From an archaeon GW2011_AR15 (GTDB lineage Archaea; Nanobdellota; Nanobdellia; Woesearchaeales; GW2011-AR15), in NCBI GenBank assembly GCA_000830295.1, contig CP010425.1:512001-576000 (forward strand): a stretch of DNA of 64,000 nucleotides, given 5' to 3'. The notes below the pieces were generated by a model, which was not told the DNA's origin, ran no database searches, and saw only the letters and a program-made list of their open reading frames with translations. Made by a program: the position numbers and the translations under genes. This document shows, in pieces, positions 9,151-18,861 of the stretch. Each line of letters starts with the position of its first letter. Position 1 is the first letter of the stretch.

Positions 9151-12108
9151 ATGAAGAAATTCAGATTTACAACATTATTTCTTATTTTGATAACAATCTT
9201 ACTGGCATTTCTTGTCAATGCAGTTATAAGCAGCATTGTGCTGGTTTCTCCTGCCAACGATACCTGGACAACAGACACCACTCCGGATTTCAGCTATAAT
9301 GCAACCAGCACATCCAATGCAACGGTTCTATGCGAGCTTATTGTAAGCAATGTAGGATATGGCGTGAATGATACAGCAGCCAACAATACAGTGATTACAA
9401 GAACTGCCAATGACACAATAGCAGAAGGTTCACACCTATGGTATGTCAACTGCACAGATACAGATGTGGCAGTTGAAGTGCAGAGCGAAATATGGACATT
9501 GAATATAGATGCAACCGCACCCACTACAACAATAACTTCACCAGCGAACAACTCCTGGGTATCAGACAGTAGCCCAGAACTGCTTGTAAACATGACTGAT
9601 GCTGTTGACACAACCCTTAACTACACGGCATTTGTAGATGGAGGGGCAAATGCAACAGGCACAGCAACCAGCGGCGCAATAACAAGCATAAATTTAACCA
9701 CGCTTTCCGCAGGAACACATACAGTTTTTGTTGAAGCTCTGGATGAGAATGGAAATAATGGGACATCATCAGTATGGACATTAAATATTGACACAACTAA
9801 CCCCACTTCCCAGATAACCTCTCCAACGAACAACGCTTGGACAACAGATACCAGCCCGGAATTTCTCATAAACCTGACAGACACACAGGACAGTGTCCTT
9901 AACTATACAGTATTTGTAGATGGCGGCTCAAACGTAACAGGAACAGCAGATAACAATACAATAACAAGCGTCAACCTGACTGTGCTTGCTAACGGAGCCC
10001 ATACAGTTGTTGTTGAAGCGCGGGACGAGGCCAGCAACAGAGTAAACTCATCAGCATGGACAATAAATATTGATACTGCCAATCCGACAGCGGTCATAAC
10101 AAATCCGCCAAATAATTCGTGGTTAAGCGACGAAACACCAGAACTTCTAATAAATTTGACAGACGCTTTAGACACTGCTCTTAACTACACAGTATTCGTG
10201 GATGGAAGCTCAAATACTGTTGGTAGTGTGCTTAACAATACAATAACAAGCGTCAACCTGACAACATCAATATCAAACGGCACGCACACAATTGAAGTCC
10301 AGGCCACAGACGAGGCTAACAACAGCGCCAATTCCACAGCTTGGACGCTGAACATTGACACTGTCCTTCCTACAGTCTCACAGCTGAATGCTCCGGCCAA
10401 CAACACAAACGTTAGTGACGGAGACACAGTCACATTCAACTTTACCTCATATGATAATCTTGACACAAACTTAAGCTATATACTCTTCCTGAACAAGGTA
10501 GCAAATGAAACAGGATATACAGCAGGCAACAACACCTCAACACAGTTCACAGTATTGCATTTGCAGAACAGTACACTATACAACTGGACAGTGCAGGTAA
10601 CAGATGACGCCTCCAACATAGCCAACTATTCAGGGCTTTACTATTTCAGGGTTGCTGACACCACACCACTGACAACCTTCCCGACACTGGTATCAGCAGG
10701 AGTCAATGATTCAGACTCAGACGGCAACATAGAGATAGGATGGACTGCAGACTCAAACGCATTCTCATACAGGCTTTACAGGAGTGCAACCAATATCACC
10801 AATGCAACTTCCCTGACAGAGATAGCCAATCTTACAGCAACATCGTTTGAAGACAATACAACAATAAACGGCACAACATATTGGTATGCAGTGACTTCCC
10901 TGGATGACACAGACAACGAGAACAAATCCCAGGTATCAGCAAGTTTCAGCGCAACAGCAAATGATACAATAAAACCAAAACTGCCAACCAATGTCAATGC
11001 GACCACACTTTTAAACGGCTCAGTCAATGTAAGCTGGACAGCTCCTGTACAGGATGTCAACGGCGGCGCAGAAACAAACGTGAGCTATAGGGTATTCAGG
11101 ACAACCAATGTTTCATTATTGAATACCAGCTTATCCACAGAGAACATTCGTAACACTACAGAGCTTAACTATATAGATACCACCCTAACAACAGGCACAA
11201 ACTACACTTATGTTGTTACATCCCTTGACGATATGAGCAACTACAACGGTTCAATAGCGTCAGGAAACCAGAAGAACATAGTTCCAAGCGGATGTACAGC
11301 AGAATATAACTACTCAGCATGGGCTGCATGCACAGACGGGGCCCAGACAAGAACAGGTTCAAGAATATGCAGCGGCGGCGACACAACCCTAGTTACAGAA
11401 CAAAGGTCCTGCGGCAGCGGCGGCTCATCAGGAGGCAGCTCAGGCGGCACAGCATCAACAAACCCAACATCAACATACACTAAGCTTTGGGCATCAACAG
11501 CCGCAGGAGAAAAACTGACCCTTGACAGCACAGTAGTTGATGTGGATATAACTGAAGTATCCCTTGTCGTAGGCAAGCAGCTTTACGGGATTAAGATTAT
11601 AATAGAGAAATACTCAGAAAAGCCAACAGGGGTTTCAGAGGGGCCAGCAGGAGAGGTCTACAGCTACCTGAGCATTGATAAGGTAAACTTTGACAACGCA
11701 GATATAACAGGAAAAGTAACCATCAGCTTCAAGGTAAGCAAGGCATGGCTTGAGGAGAACGGCGTAGCCGAAGGAGGCATAACTCTGCTGAGATATGTGG
11801 ATGGCGAATGGCAGGAATTATCAACTTCAGTATCAGACTCAGATGAAGAGTATGTATACTATGAGGCACGGGCAGAAGGGTTCAGTTTCTTTGCAATTGC
11901 AGGAGAGAGAACAGAAGCACCAGTAGAGCAGCCTCAGGAAGAAGAAACTCCTGAAACAGAAAAGCAGCCAGCAGAGCCGGAAGCACCGGCAGAAGGATGG
12001 AAGTGGAACAAGTTCCTTGCTCTAGCCATAATACTGGTCCTGGCAATCGGATTGTTCTACTATCTCTTTGCACATAAGGGACACAGCAGGAAACATCCAA
12101 AGCATTAA
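9151..12108 (+). CDS. Large surface glycoprotein: signal peptide, Ig-like repeats, FN3-like domains, TSP1-like motif, PGF-pre-PGF domain, C-terminal TM
   Basis: Hydrophobic N-terminus; ~94-aa repeats; many N-x-S/T sequons; WAACTDGAQTR; G/S linker; VYSYLSI...FKVSKAWLEEN...YEARAEGFSFFAI; TM followed by basic tail. Confidence 0.85.
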   Translation: MKKFRFTTLFLILITILLAFLVNAVISSIVLVSPANDTWTTDTTPDFSYNATSTSNATVLCELIVSNVGYGVNDTAANNTVITRTANDTIAEGSHLWYVNCTDTDVAVEVQSEIWTLNIDATAPTTTITSPANNSWVSDSSPELLVNMTDAVDTTLNYTAFVDGGANATGTATSGAITSINLTTLSAGTHTVFVEALDENGNNGTSSVWTLNIDTTNPTSQITSPTNNAWTTDTSPEFLINLTDTQDSVLNYTVFVDGGSNVTGTADNNTITSVNLTVLANGAHTVVVEARDEASNRVNSSAWTINIDTANPTAVITNPPNNSWLSDETPELLINLTDALDTALNYTVFVDGSSNTVGSVLNNTITSVNLTTSISNGTHTIEVQATDEANNSANSTAWTLNIDTVLPTVSQLNAPANNTNVSDGDTVTFNFTSYDNLDTNLSYILFLNKVANETGYTAGNNTSTQFTVLHLQNSTLYNWTVQVTDDASNIANYSGLYYFRVADTTPLTTFPTLVSAGVNDSDSDGNIEIGWTADSNAFSYRLYRSATNITNATSLTEIANLTATSFEDNTTINGTTYWYAVTSLDDTDNENKSQVSASFSATANDTIKPKLPTNVNATTLLNGSVNVSWTAPVQDVNGGAETNVSYRVFRTTNVSLLNTSLSTENIRNTTELNYIDTTLTTGTNYTYVVTSLDDMSNYNGSIASGNQKNIVPSGCTAEYNYSAWAACTDGAQTRTGSRICSGGDTTLVTEQRSCGSGGSSGGSSGGTASTNPTSTYTKLWASTAAGEKLTLDSTVVDVDITEVSLVVGKQLYGIKIIIEKYSEKPTGVSEGPAGEVYSYLSIDKVNFDNADITGKVTISFKVSKAWLEENGVAEGGITLLRYVDGEWQELSTSVSDSDEEYVYYEARAEGFSFFAIAGERTEAPVEQPQEEETPETEKQPAEPEAPAEGWKWNKFLALAIILVLAIGLFYYLFAHKGHSRKHPKH
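9500..10370 (+). repeat. Three tandem ~282-bp intragenic repeats encoding Ig-like units (diverged copies on each side)
   Basis: NIDxTxPTxxITxPxNNxW...PExLxNxTDxxDxxLNYTxFVDG...HTxxVxAxDExxN repeated; coordinates approximate. Confidence 0.85.
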
Positions 12109-12141
12109 ACTTTTAAACCTTATTCTGTTTTTATTTTATTT

Positions 12142-14136
12142 ATGATACTCGGGAAGATATTCGGCAGAATAACCACAACAGAGTTCCAGTTCATCGTAGA
12201 AAAAGAGACCAGAAAATTCGAGTTTGTCCAGGTACTTCACAAGGTCTATGACTATGTGCTCTGCCAGGTTGTTGAAATAGAAAGGACAGACAGGGATATA
12301 GCCAAGTGCGTTGTCATAGGATATAAAGATGAACAGGGAAGAATCAAGCCGATAAGAATCCCGTTTGACCAGAATTCTGAAGTGCTGAGGGCAGAGGACG
12401 ATTTCATAAAGGAGATAATAAAGCTCGAAGATACAGAAAAGGGAGCATTCATAGGCAGGCTGGAAGGGAAGAATATTGACGTCCATCTGGACCTGACAAA
12501 ACTTCTTACAAAGCATGTTGCAATACTCGCAAAATCAGGGGCAGGAAAATCATATACAGTCGGGGTTCTTGTTGAGGAGATAGTAGACAAGAAAGTCCCT
12601 GTGCTCATAATAGATCCCCATGGAGAGTATTCCAGCCTGAAGCAGCCAAATGAAGAAGAAAAAGAGGAGCTTGCCAAATACGGGCTTGAGCCAAAGAAAT
12701 TTACAAACGTACAGATATACGGGGATACAAAGCTAAATCCGGAGCTAAGGCCGCTCAGGCTCAACAACAACCTCACTCCAGCCGAAATACTCCACCTCAT
12801 TCCGGGAAAGCTTTCAAATACCCAGACAGGCCTTCTTTACAGTGCATTAAAGCACCTTGATACCATCAACTTTACCAATGTCCTGCTTGAGCTTGACAAA
12901 GAAGAAAACAGCACAAAATGGACAATCATCAACAACCTTGAATACCTGAACAACCTTGATATATTTACAGAAAGCTTTACAGCATACAACGAGCTTATCC
13001 AGCCCGGAAGGTGCACCATAATCAGTCTGAAAGGCATTTCTCCCGATGTGCAGGAGATAATTGTCTACAAGCTCATTAAGGACCTTTTTGAGCTGAGGAA
13101 AAAAGAGAAAATTCCGCCATTCTTTACCATAATTGAGGAGGCCCACAACTACTGCCCTGAAAGAAGCTTCGGGGAGACAAGAAGCTCCAAGATACTGAGG
13201 ACAGTTGCGTCAGAGGGCAGGAAATTCGGGCTTGGGCTGTGCATCATAAGCCAGCGCCCTGCCCGCGTGGACAAGTCTGTCCTGAGCCAGTGCACCACCC
13301 AGATAATCCTGAAAATAACAAACCCCAATGACCTCAAGGCTGTCTACAACAGCGTTGAAGGCCTTACAGCAGAATCACAGGAGGAAATAAAGAACCTTTC
13401 AATAGGCACTGCCCTTGTGACCGGAGTCGTTGACATGCCTTTATTTGTCAATATAAGGCCCAGGATGACACAGCATGGCGGACATGCCGCAGACATGCTT
13501 GAGCAGGCAGAGGACAAGGATTTTTTTGAGGAAGTTAAGGAATTCCAGGAATCAGACCTTCTTCCGGTAATAAAGCCGAAAATAACAGTCAAGGACCTCA
13601 AGCTTATGTCTGATAAGGAGATAAAAACTGTCAGTGAAGTGCTTATCCCGGGTTTCCTTTTCTTATGCCAGGAGAAAGACAAGGAATTTAACCTGCTGGT
13701 TGAATCTGCCACCGGAAAAATAATAACAAATGTAGATGATTTTATTACAAAAGAGCTGCCGGATCTTGAGGAGATGACGCCGAACCAGATAAAACTGCTC
13801 CATACATCCTTCAAGCTTAAAAAATTCACTGCAGAGGAACTCTCAAAGCAGGGATTCCCTCTCAGCATTACGAACCAGCTTGATTTCCTGGAAGAGCAGG
13901 GCTACATAGAAAGATCATCCGGAGGCAGCTACATACTTTCAGAAAGATATGTGCTTTCCCAGCTTTCAAAATATGCAAGCTATGCAAAGATTGAATTTCT
14001 CAGTGTAAAGTATGATTCAAAAGAAGAAGCAAAAATGAACGTTGATGAGATAAGGGAAAGGCTCTCAAAATTCACTACATTGAAAGACCAGAGAGAATGC
14101 TGGATACTGAAGCATGATGTCAAGTATGCTGAATAA
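12142..14136 (+). CDS. herA: HerA-family helicase/ATPase (HAS barrel + DUF87) with C-terminal extension
   Basis: Walker A AKSGAGKS, IIDPHGEY, Walker B IIEEAH, EGRKFGLG, SQRPA. Confidence 0.85.
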   Translation: MILGKIFGRITTTEFQFIVEKETRKFEFVQVLHKVYDYVLCQVVEIERTDRDIAKCVVIGYKDEQGRIKPIRIPFDQNSEVLRAEDDFIKEIIKLEDTEKGAFIGRLEGKNIDVHLDLTKLLTKHVAILAKSGAGKSYTVGVLVEEIVDKKVPVLIIDPHGEYSSLKQPNEEEKEELAKYGLEPKKFTNVQIYGDTKLNPELRPLRLNNNLTPAEILHLIPGKLSNTQTGLLYSALKHLDTINFTNVLLELDKEENSTKWTIINNLEYLNNLDIFTESFTAYNELIQPGRCTIISLKGISPDVQEIIVYKLIKDLFELRKKEKIPPFFTIIEEAHNYCPERSFGETRSSKILRTVASEGRKFGLGLCIISQRPARVDKSVLSQCTTQIILKITNPNDLKAVYNSVEGLTAESQEEIKNLSIGTALVTGVVDMPLFVNIRPRMTQHGGHAADMLEQAEDKDFFEEVKEFQESDLLPVIKPKITVKDLKLMSDKEIKTVSEVLIPGFLFLCQEKDKEFNLLVESATGKIITNVDDFITKELPDLEEMTPNQIKLLHTSFKLKKFTAEELSKQGFPLSITNQLDFLEEQGYIERSSGGSYILSERYVLSQLSKYASYAKIEFLSVKYDSKEEAKMNVDEIRERLSKFTTLKDQRECWILKHDVKYAE

Positions 14137-14138
14137 AG

Positions 14139-15059
14139 ATGGCAGAGAAATCAAATGTAGTGAAAGAAGGGAAACTTGTGCCTTATGACGAATGGTCTTC
14201 TTATATTGACAGCCTAAGAAAAGAAGTTTCAATATTCGCAGCCGTAAAAGACGAGAAAAAAGCAGTAGAGCTGCTGAGGCCATGTTTCACAGAGGCGGTA
14301 AAATCAAGGGTTCCGAAGAAAAAGTTCGGCATATTTTTCTCAGGCGGGGTCGACTCAACCTTAATAGCATATACATGCAAAAAATTCACCAGCGATTTTG
14401 TGTGCTACACAGTAGGTATAGAAGGCTCGAAAGATATTGAATGGTCGACGAGAATAGCCAAAGAGCTTAGGCTGAAGCATGTCAAGAAGGTGCTTACGCT
14501 TAAGGAAGTGGAGGTTCTCTTCGGGAAAATAGCAAAACTTCTTGACGGGGAAGTATATAATGTGGTCAACCTCGGAGTCGGCAGCGTGGTGCTGGCAGCC
14601 ATAGAGCTGGCTGAAAATGATACTGAAAATGATAAGATAAGCACATTCTTCGGAGGGCTCGGGAGTGAGGAAATATTTGCCGGCTACAAAAGGCATGAAG
14701 ATTCCAAGGACATAAATGAAGAATGCTGGCAGGGGCTTAAGACAACATGGGCAAGGGATTTCCAGAGGGACTGTGCAATTGCAGCCAGCAGGAAAGCAGA
14801 ATTCCTTACGCCATTCCTTGACAAAGGGCTTGTTATAGCAGCGATGAGAGTATCAGGAGATTTGAAGATAAATAAAGGCCACAAGAAATACATCCTGAGA
14901 TGTCTTGCAAAGGATATGGGGCTAAAAGATGAATATGCATTCAGGCCCAAGATAGCAGCCCAGTACGGCAGCAGCTTTGACAAAGCAATAATGAAACTGG
15001 CAAAATCCAAAGGACTCAGCCACAAAAAAGAATACCTTGATTTTCTCAAGTCACAATAA
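14139..15059 (+). CDS. Asparagine synthase C-terminal-like adenylating enzyme (no glutaminase domain)
   Basis: PP-loop FSGGVDS, GLGSEEIFAGY, PFLD, K.ILR, RPKIAAQYGS. Confidence 0.8.
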   Translation: MAEKSNVVKEGKLVPYDEWSSYIDSLRKEVSIFAAVKDEKKAVELLRPCFTEAVKSRVPKKKFGIFFSGGVDSTLIAYTCKKFTSDFVCYTVGIEGSKDIEWSTRIAKELRLKHVKKVLTLKEVEVLFGKIAKLLDGEVYNVVNLGVGSVVLAAIELAENDTENDKISTFFGGLGSEEIFAGYKRHEDSKDINEECWQGLKTTWARDFQRDCAIAASRKAEFLTPFLDKGLVIAAMRVSGDLKINKGHKKYILRCLAKDMGLKDEYAFRPKIAAQYGSSFDKAIMKLAKSKGLSHKKEYLDFLKSQ

Positions 15060-15195
15060 AGAGAATAACAACCACAAACAAAAGAACGAATAAGAATATA
15101 TTCACCCAGTCGACAGATTTCTTCCCAGAGGTCAGCCTGTGTTTTGAGTTTTTCTTCCTTTCTATGTAGAGACCCTGTCTACTGTATTGCATCAT
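15046..15195 (-). CDS. Small membrane protein (C-terminal TM)
   Basis: Basic N-terminus and a long hydrophobic C-terminus; TATA-like TTTAAA upstream. Confidence 0.45.
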   Translation of the reverse strand: MMQYSRQGLYIERKKNSKHRLTSGKKSVDWVNIFLFVLLFVVVILFIVT

Positions 15196-15269
15196 CGTGG
15201 GTAAGCTTTTCAATGTAAATGTCTGTTTAAATATTTTTCTATACAGCAAAACATGTGATGTTTTTGATA

Positions 15270-16538
15270 CTATTCAGCCAGAAGGGGATAGATTTCAGAA
15301 AGCAGATACAAAGAGCCGGTAACTACCAGAATTCCGTCTTTCTTCATGCATTGCCTGAAAGCCCTTTTCGGCTCTCCAGCCACTTCATATTCCCTGTGTC
15401 CAGACCTGCCAAGCCACCTGCCGATATTCTCCGGCTTTTCTGAAAGATTGGCCATATCCTGACTGATAAAAAAAGAGGTTATTGCAATGCTCTCTGCAAC
15501 AGGAAGCATGTGCCTGAGCATGCCTCTGAAATTCTTGCCTTTTTTGAAAGCTATAAGGAAATGGAATTTTTTGCGGGGAAACATTTTCTTAAGTGATTTT
15601 ACAAATGCAGCCATTTTCTGGGGATTATGCGCGCCGTCCAGAACAACTGTTTTTCCGTTAATCTTCCTGGTGTCAAACCTTCCCTCAAACCTGGCAGACA
15701 ACAGGATACTTCCAATCTTTTTCCTGCTGCAGTCAAATCCCTCCCTTCTGCCCAGCATTTCAACAGCCTTTACAGCGAGTGCAGCATTGCTTTGCTGATA
15801 TTCGCCGGCGAGGCCGGTCTTTACCTTGCCTGTTACATAATGCACCACTGCATTTCTTCTCCGGCACGCCATATCAATAACTTTCTTTGCTTCTTCAGGC
15901 TGTACGGTTGATACCACAGTATTATTCTCTTTTATTATGCCGGCTTTCTGTGCCGCAATCTCCTTTATTGTTTTTCCGAGAATATTTGTGTGGTCCAGGC
16001 CTATTTTTGTCAACACAACAATCTTGTCTTTTCCCTCAGCAACATTTGTGCCGTCATAGAATCCGCCCATGCCAGTCTCAATTACAGCATAGTCAACTTT
16101 TTTTTCCCAGAAGATATAATAAGTAAGCCCGGCAAGAACCTCAAAATATGTCAGCCTGCCAAAGCTGCTTTTTCCTGTTTTTCTGATGGCAGGAAGAACA
16201 TCATTGAGATATGAGACAAATTTTTCTTTTGATATTAATCTGTTGTTTATCTGGCATCTTTCCCTTATGTCGCGCAGGTGCGGGCTCAGGTGAAGCCCTG
16301 TCCTGAATCCGAGCTTTGCCAGGATAAGGCTTGCCATATAGGCTGTGCTGCCTTTCCCGGAAGTTCCGGCAATATGGATTATCTTCAGCTTTTCCTGCGG
16401 CTCTCCAAGAAGCTCCAGAAAAAACTTTGTCCTGTCCAGGCCCAACTGCCCCGGAAACTTCTGCGAATCCCGCTTCGGCACAAAATCTAAAAGAAATTTT
16501 TCAGCATCATCAAATGTTTTCATATTCTGTTGGGCCAC
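15270..16538 (-). CDS. folC: Folylpolyglutamate synthase/dihydrofolate synthase
   Basis: HIAGTSGKGST, SPHL...RER, TYFE, ETGMGG.YDGTNV, IGLDHT..LG, DGAHNP, TGSLYL. Confidence 0.93.
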   Translation of the reverse strand: MAQQNMKTFDDAEKFLLDFVPKRDSQKFPGQLGLDRTKFFLELLGEPQEKLKIIHIAGTSGKGSTAYMASLILAKLGFRTGLHLSPHLRDIRERCQINNRLISKEKFVSYLNDVLPAIRKTGKSSFGRLTYFEVLAGLTYYIFWEKKVDYAVIETGMGGFYDGTNVAEGKDKIVVLTKIGLDHTNILGKTIKEIAAQKAGIIKENNTVVSTVQPEEAKKVIDMACRRRNAVVHYVTGKVKTGLAGEYQQSNAALAVKAVEMLGRREGFDCSRKKIGSILLSARFEGRFDTRKINGKTVVLDGAHNPQKMAAFVKSLKKMFPRKKFHFLIAFKKGKNFRGMLRHMLPVAESIAITSFFISQDMANLSEKPENIGRWLGRSGHREYEVAGEPKRAFRQCMKKDGILVVTGSLYLLSEIYPLLAE

Positions 16539-17020
16539 GGGAAAGGCTCTTCGCCTTCTTCATATGCAAGCTCTCCGTTTGCCTGCATTGTCTTTACCCT
16601 GCCATCAAGATATTCCTTCCAAACAATGAATTTTCCGTCCTTAAGCTCTCCGATGATGCCGTCGCTTACAACCTGCCTTTTCCCTGTGGCAATCTCAGTC
16701 GTGGCAAACTGCCATTCAACAGCAACATCACTGCCGTCAACAATAATCCTGTTTATGTAGACTTCTGTGTCACTGAAATGCTCCCTGAAATAAATAAGGT
16801 CTTCAAGTGTCTGGTTCTTGTTCAGCCTTCTCCCGGGATATGCAAACACGACATCCTCATGCAGGACGCTGTCAAGAAGCTCCAAATCACTGGTTTTCCA
16901 TGCGTTAGCATGGTCCTGCACAAGTTTTACGGCATACTCTTTCGAATATTCCTTAGTTGTGCATGAGGAAACAAGCATAGCAGCAATAATAAAAACCAAA
17001 AATAAAATTTTCTCTCTCAT
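16520..17020 (-). CDS. NTF2/SnoaL-like lipoprotein
   Basis: Signal peptide ending LVSSC; LHEDVVFAYP, VAVEW, DGKFIVWKEYLD SnoaL-like pattern. Confidence 0.75.
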   Translation of the reverse strand: MREKILFLVFIIAAMLVSSCTTKEYSKEYAVKLVQDHANAWKTSDLELLDSVLHEDVVFAYPGRRLNKNQTLEDLIYFREHFSDTEVYINRIIVDGSDVAVEWQFATTEIATGKRQVVSDGIIGELKDGKFIVWKEYLDGRVKTMQANGELAYEEGEEPFPWPNRI

Positions 17021-17021
17021 C

Positions 17022-17717
17022 TTAGGCCATGGCTTTGTCCTTATCAAGGTGCAGGATATCCTGCGGGATTTTCCAGCTGAACTTTTCAATGAGGGTATGC
17101 AGCACAGCGTTCATGGTGTAATATGATGCAGCTATTCCTGCAGTGAAAAGAGTCCTCTCGACAATTACAATGGGAAGCAGGCTTATCCACAGATCCGGCG
17201 TTGTTTGGATAGACCATACAAAAGCAGCGCTTCCAACAGCATGCGCAGTAAATGTTGCTCCGAGACTTTTTCCGATTATATTGTCAAATTTTTCCGGAAG
17301 CACTTTTACAGCTATTGGGATAAGCCAGAATAATGAGTAGGCCCATGCCTGCCTTCCTACAGGGTGCATAAGATAGGCAAGGCCTGCCAGAACAGGAATT
17401 AATAATGTATGTTTCTTTTTGGTTCCGAAATAGTATGAGGCAAACAGCATAGGCGTCAACCTTATCAGGTTTATGACGCTCCAGGCTTTCCCCGCAATAA
17501 AGAAATCAGCCAGCTCAGCCCCCAGTACGGTTATAACGCCGTAGACAGGCCCAAGGAAAGCTCCGGCAATAGGCCCGAAAAACTGGAACAAAGTAAAGAA
17601 CTGGTTCTCAACGCCAAGCACAGGCGAGAAATTGATTCTCATGCCAATGAAAACCATTGCTGTAAACAGCACGATGAACAATACCCTTTTCGGAGAGAAT
17701 ATTTTTTTTAAATCCAT
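17022..17717 (-). CDS. ECF transporter S-component-like membrane protein
   Basis: About six TM helices; FFTLFQFFGPIAGAFLGPVYG resembles the S-component AxxxGPxxG motif. Confidence 0.55.
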   Translation of the reverse strand: MDLKKIFSPKRVLFIVLFTAMVFIGMRINFSPVLGVENQFFTLFQFFGPIAGAFLGPVYGVITVLGAELADFFIAGKAWSVINLIRLTPMLFASYYFGTKKKHTLLIPVLAGLAYLMHPVGRQAWAYSLFWLIPIAVKVLPEKFDNIIGKSLGATFTAHAVGSAAFVWSIQTTPDLWISLLPIVIVERTLFTAGIAASYYTMNAVLHTLIEKFSWKIPQDILHLDKDKAMA

Positions 17718-17756
17718 AAGACCACCCTGCATAATAAGATTACCTGAAAGCTTTTT

Positions 17757-17819
17757 AAAGGTTTTGACACACGAGGTCTTTTCAAGACCAGTGTTTCAAA
17801 CCCCAAAGGTTTTGACACA
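17757..17819. repeat. Structured intergenic element: two 15-nt direct repeats (AAAGGTTTTGACACA) enclosing a hairpin
   Basis: Copies at 17757-17771 and 17805-17819; inner GGTCTT-TTC-AAGACC; GTGTTTCAAACC is imperfectly complementary to both copies. Confidence 0.8.
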
Positions 17820-17823
17820 ACAG

Positions 17824-18768
17824 CTAACCAACACTATCAAGCACGTCGTGCGCATCCATGCTCTTTATGTATGGAACCAGCTTTTCAAAATCTTTCTTTG
17901 CCGCTGCTTCCAGCTGCATCTTCAGCATCTCCTTTTCCCTGTTGCTGACCCTTGCAAACTTATCTGCCTCAACAAGCCCGTAAGGGTACCCTGGAAAAAC
18001 AGGGTCTTTGCTGTTTTCCTGCAGTATTGGAAGAAGCTCATCAACAGAATTTCCAGCATCAAGCCTGAAAATGTATTTTGACTTTGGATGAAGCTTCACA
18101 AAACAGACATCACCGGCATCATAATACCACGTTTTCTTTCCAGTTAACCCGGAAAGAGCTGCCGCAGCAGAGCCGCCATTGTCTGTGAGAAGCCCGGTTG
18201 TTTTTGAAAGCCCGTAAAATTCTTTTTTCAGGAGCTCTTCTTCATGCGGATATGCTGCCTCCAGAGAGCCGTCAACCACCACAAAATCAGCTTTGATGGT
18301 TCCGGCAACTATAAGCTCTGCAAACCTCCGTATTACATTCCCAACCAACGATATGCTTGCCCTCCTGCCCCCCAATGCCAGTTTTTTGTCAAAGGAATCA
18401 AATTCGTATTTTTTTATATCGATTTTCCCGGTTGTGAAAAAATAGTCGGTACTGAAACATAATTTTCCGCTTTTGTTTTCTGTGCTTATCAATGTATAAA
18501 ATTCAAATTTTCCGCTTTTAGTTCTCTTATTGTTTTGGTATATAGTATAATATATCCTGTTGAAAAACAGGCTCAGCGACGGGCTTTTCAGGAGTTCAAG
18601 ATTTCCCCCGTCGACAAAAGCGACTTTTTTCCCTGTCTTTTTTCCACTTATATCATGGAAATTTTCTTTTTTTATTTCAACAGGATTCTTTGCAGAATCA
18701 TCAAAAACAACAGAGCCGGAGCTGTCTTTCCCTATTTTTTCAAGCAGCTTTTCTATAATTTCCCTCAT
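17824..18768 (-). CDS. nurA: NurA 5'-3' nuclease
   Basis: AFVDGG, VVVDGSL, GLSKT, PGYPYGLVEADKFARVS. Confidence 0.85.
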   Translation of the reverse strand: MREIIEKLLEKIGKDSSGSVVFDDSAKNPVEIKKENFHDISGKKTGKKVAFVDGGNLELLKSPSLSLFFNRIYYTIYQNNKRTKSGKFEFYTLISTENKSGKLCFSTDYFFTTGKIDIKKYEFDSFDKKLALGGRRASISLVGNVIRRFAELIVAGTIKADFVVVDGSLEAAYPHEEELLKKEFYGLSKTTGLLTDNGGSAAAALSGLTGKKTWYYDAGDVCFVKLHPKSKYIFRLDAGNSVDELLPILQENSKDPVFPGYPYGLVEADKFARVSNREKEMLKMQLEAAAKKDFEKLVPYIKSMDAHDVLDSVG

Positions 18769-18861
18769 AAAAAGAAGATAATTCCCTTCTTTTTAAAACT
18801 ATTTTTGTTTCGTTTTATAATACAAAACTTTTTTATAGACCCCGGAGATTCCTCACTACTT

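Noticed and set aside
9294-11576. Series of similar minus-strand ORFs
   Set aside because: They are antisense shadows of the Ig repeats in the surface protein
17757-17819. Repeat-spacer-repeat read as a mini-CRISPR
   Set aside because: Only two 15-nt repeats, the spacer is self-complementary, and there are no cas genes in the window
18535-18861. 109-aa N-terminal extension of topA in the ORF track
   Set aside because: It overlaps nurA on the opposite strand; the TOPRIM domain starts at ATG 18862, just after a TATA-like box
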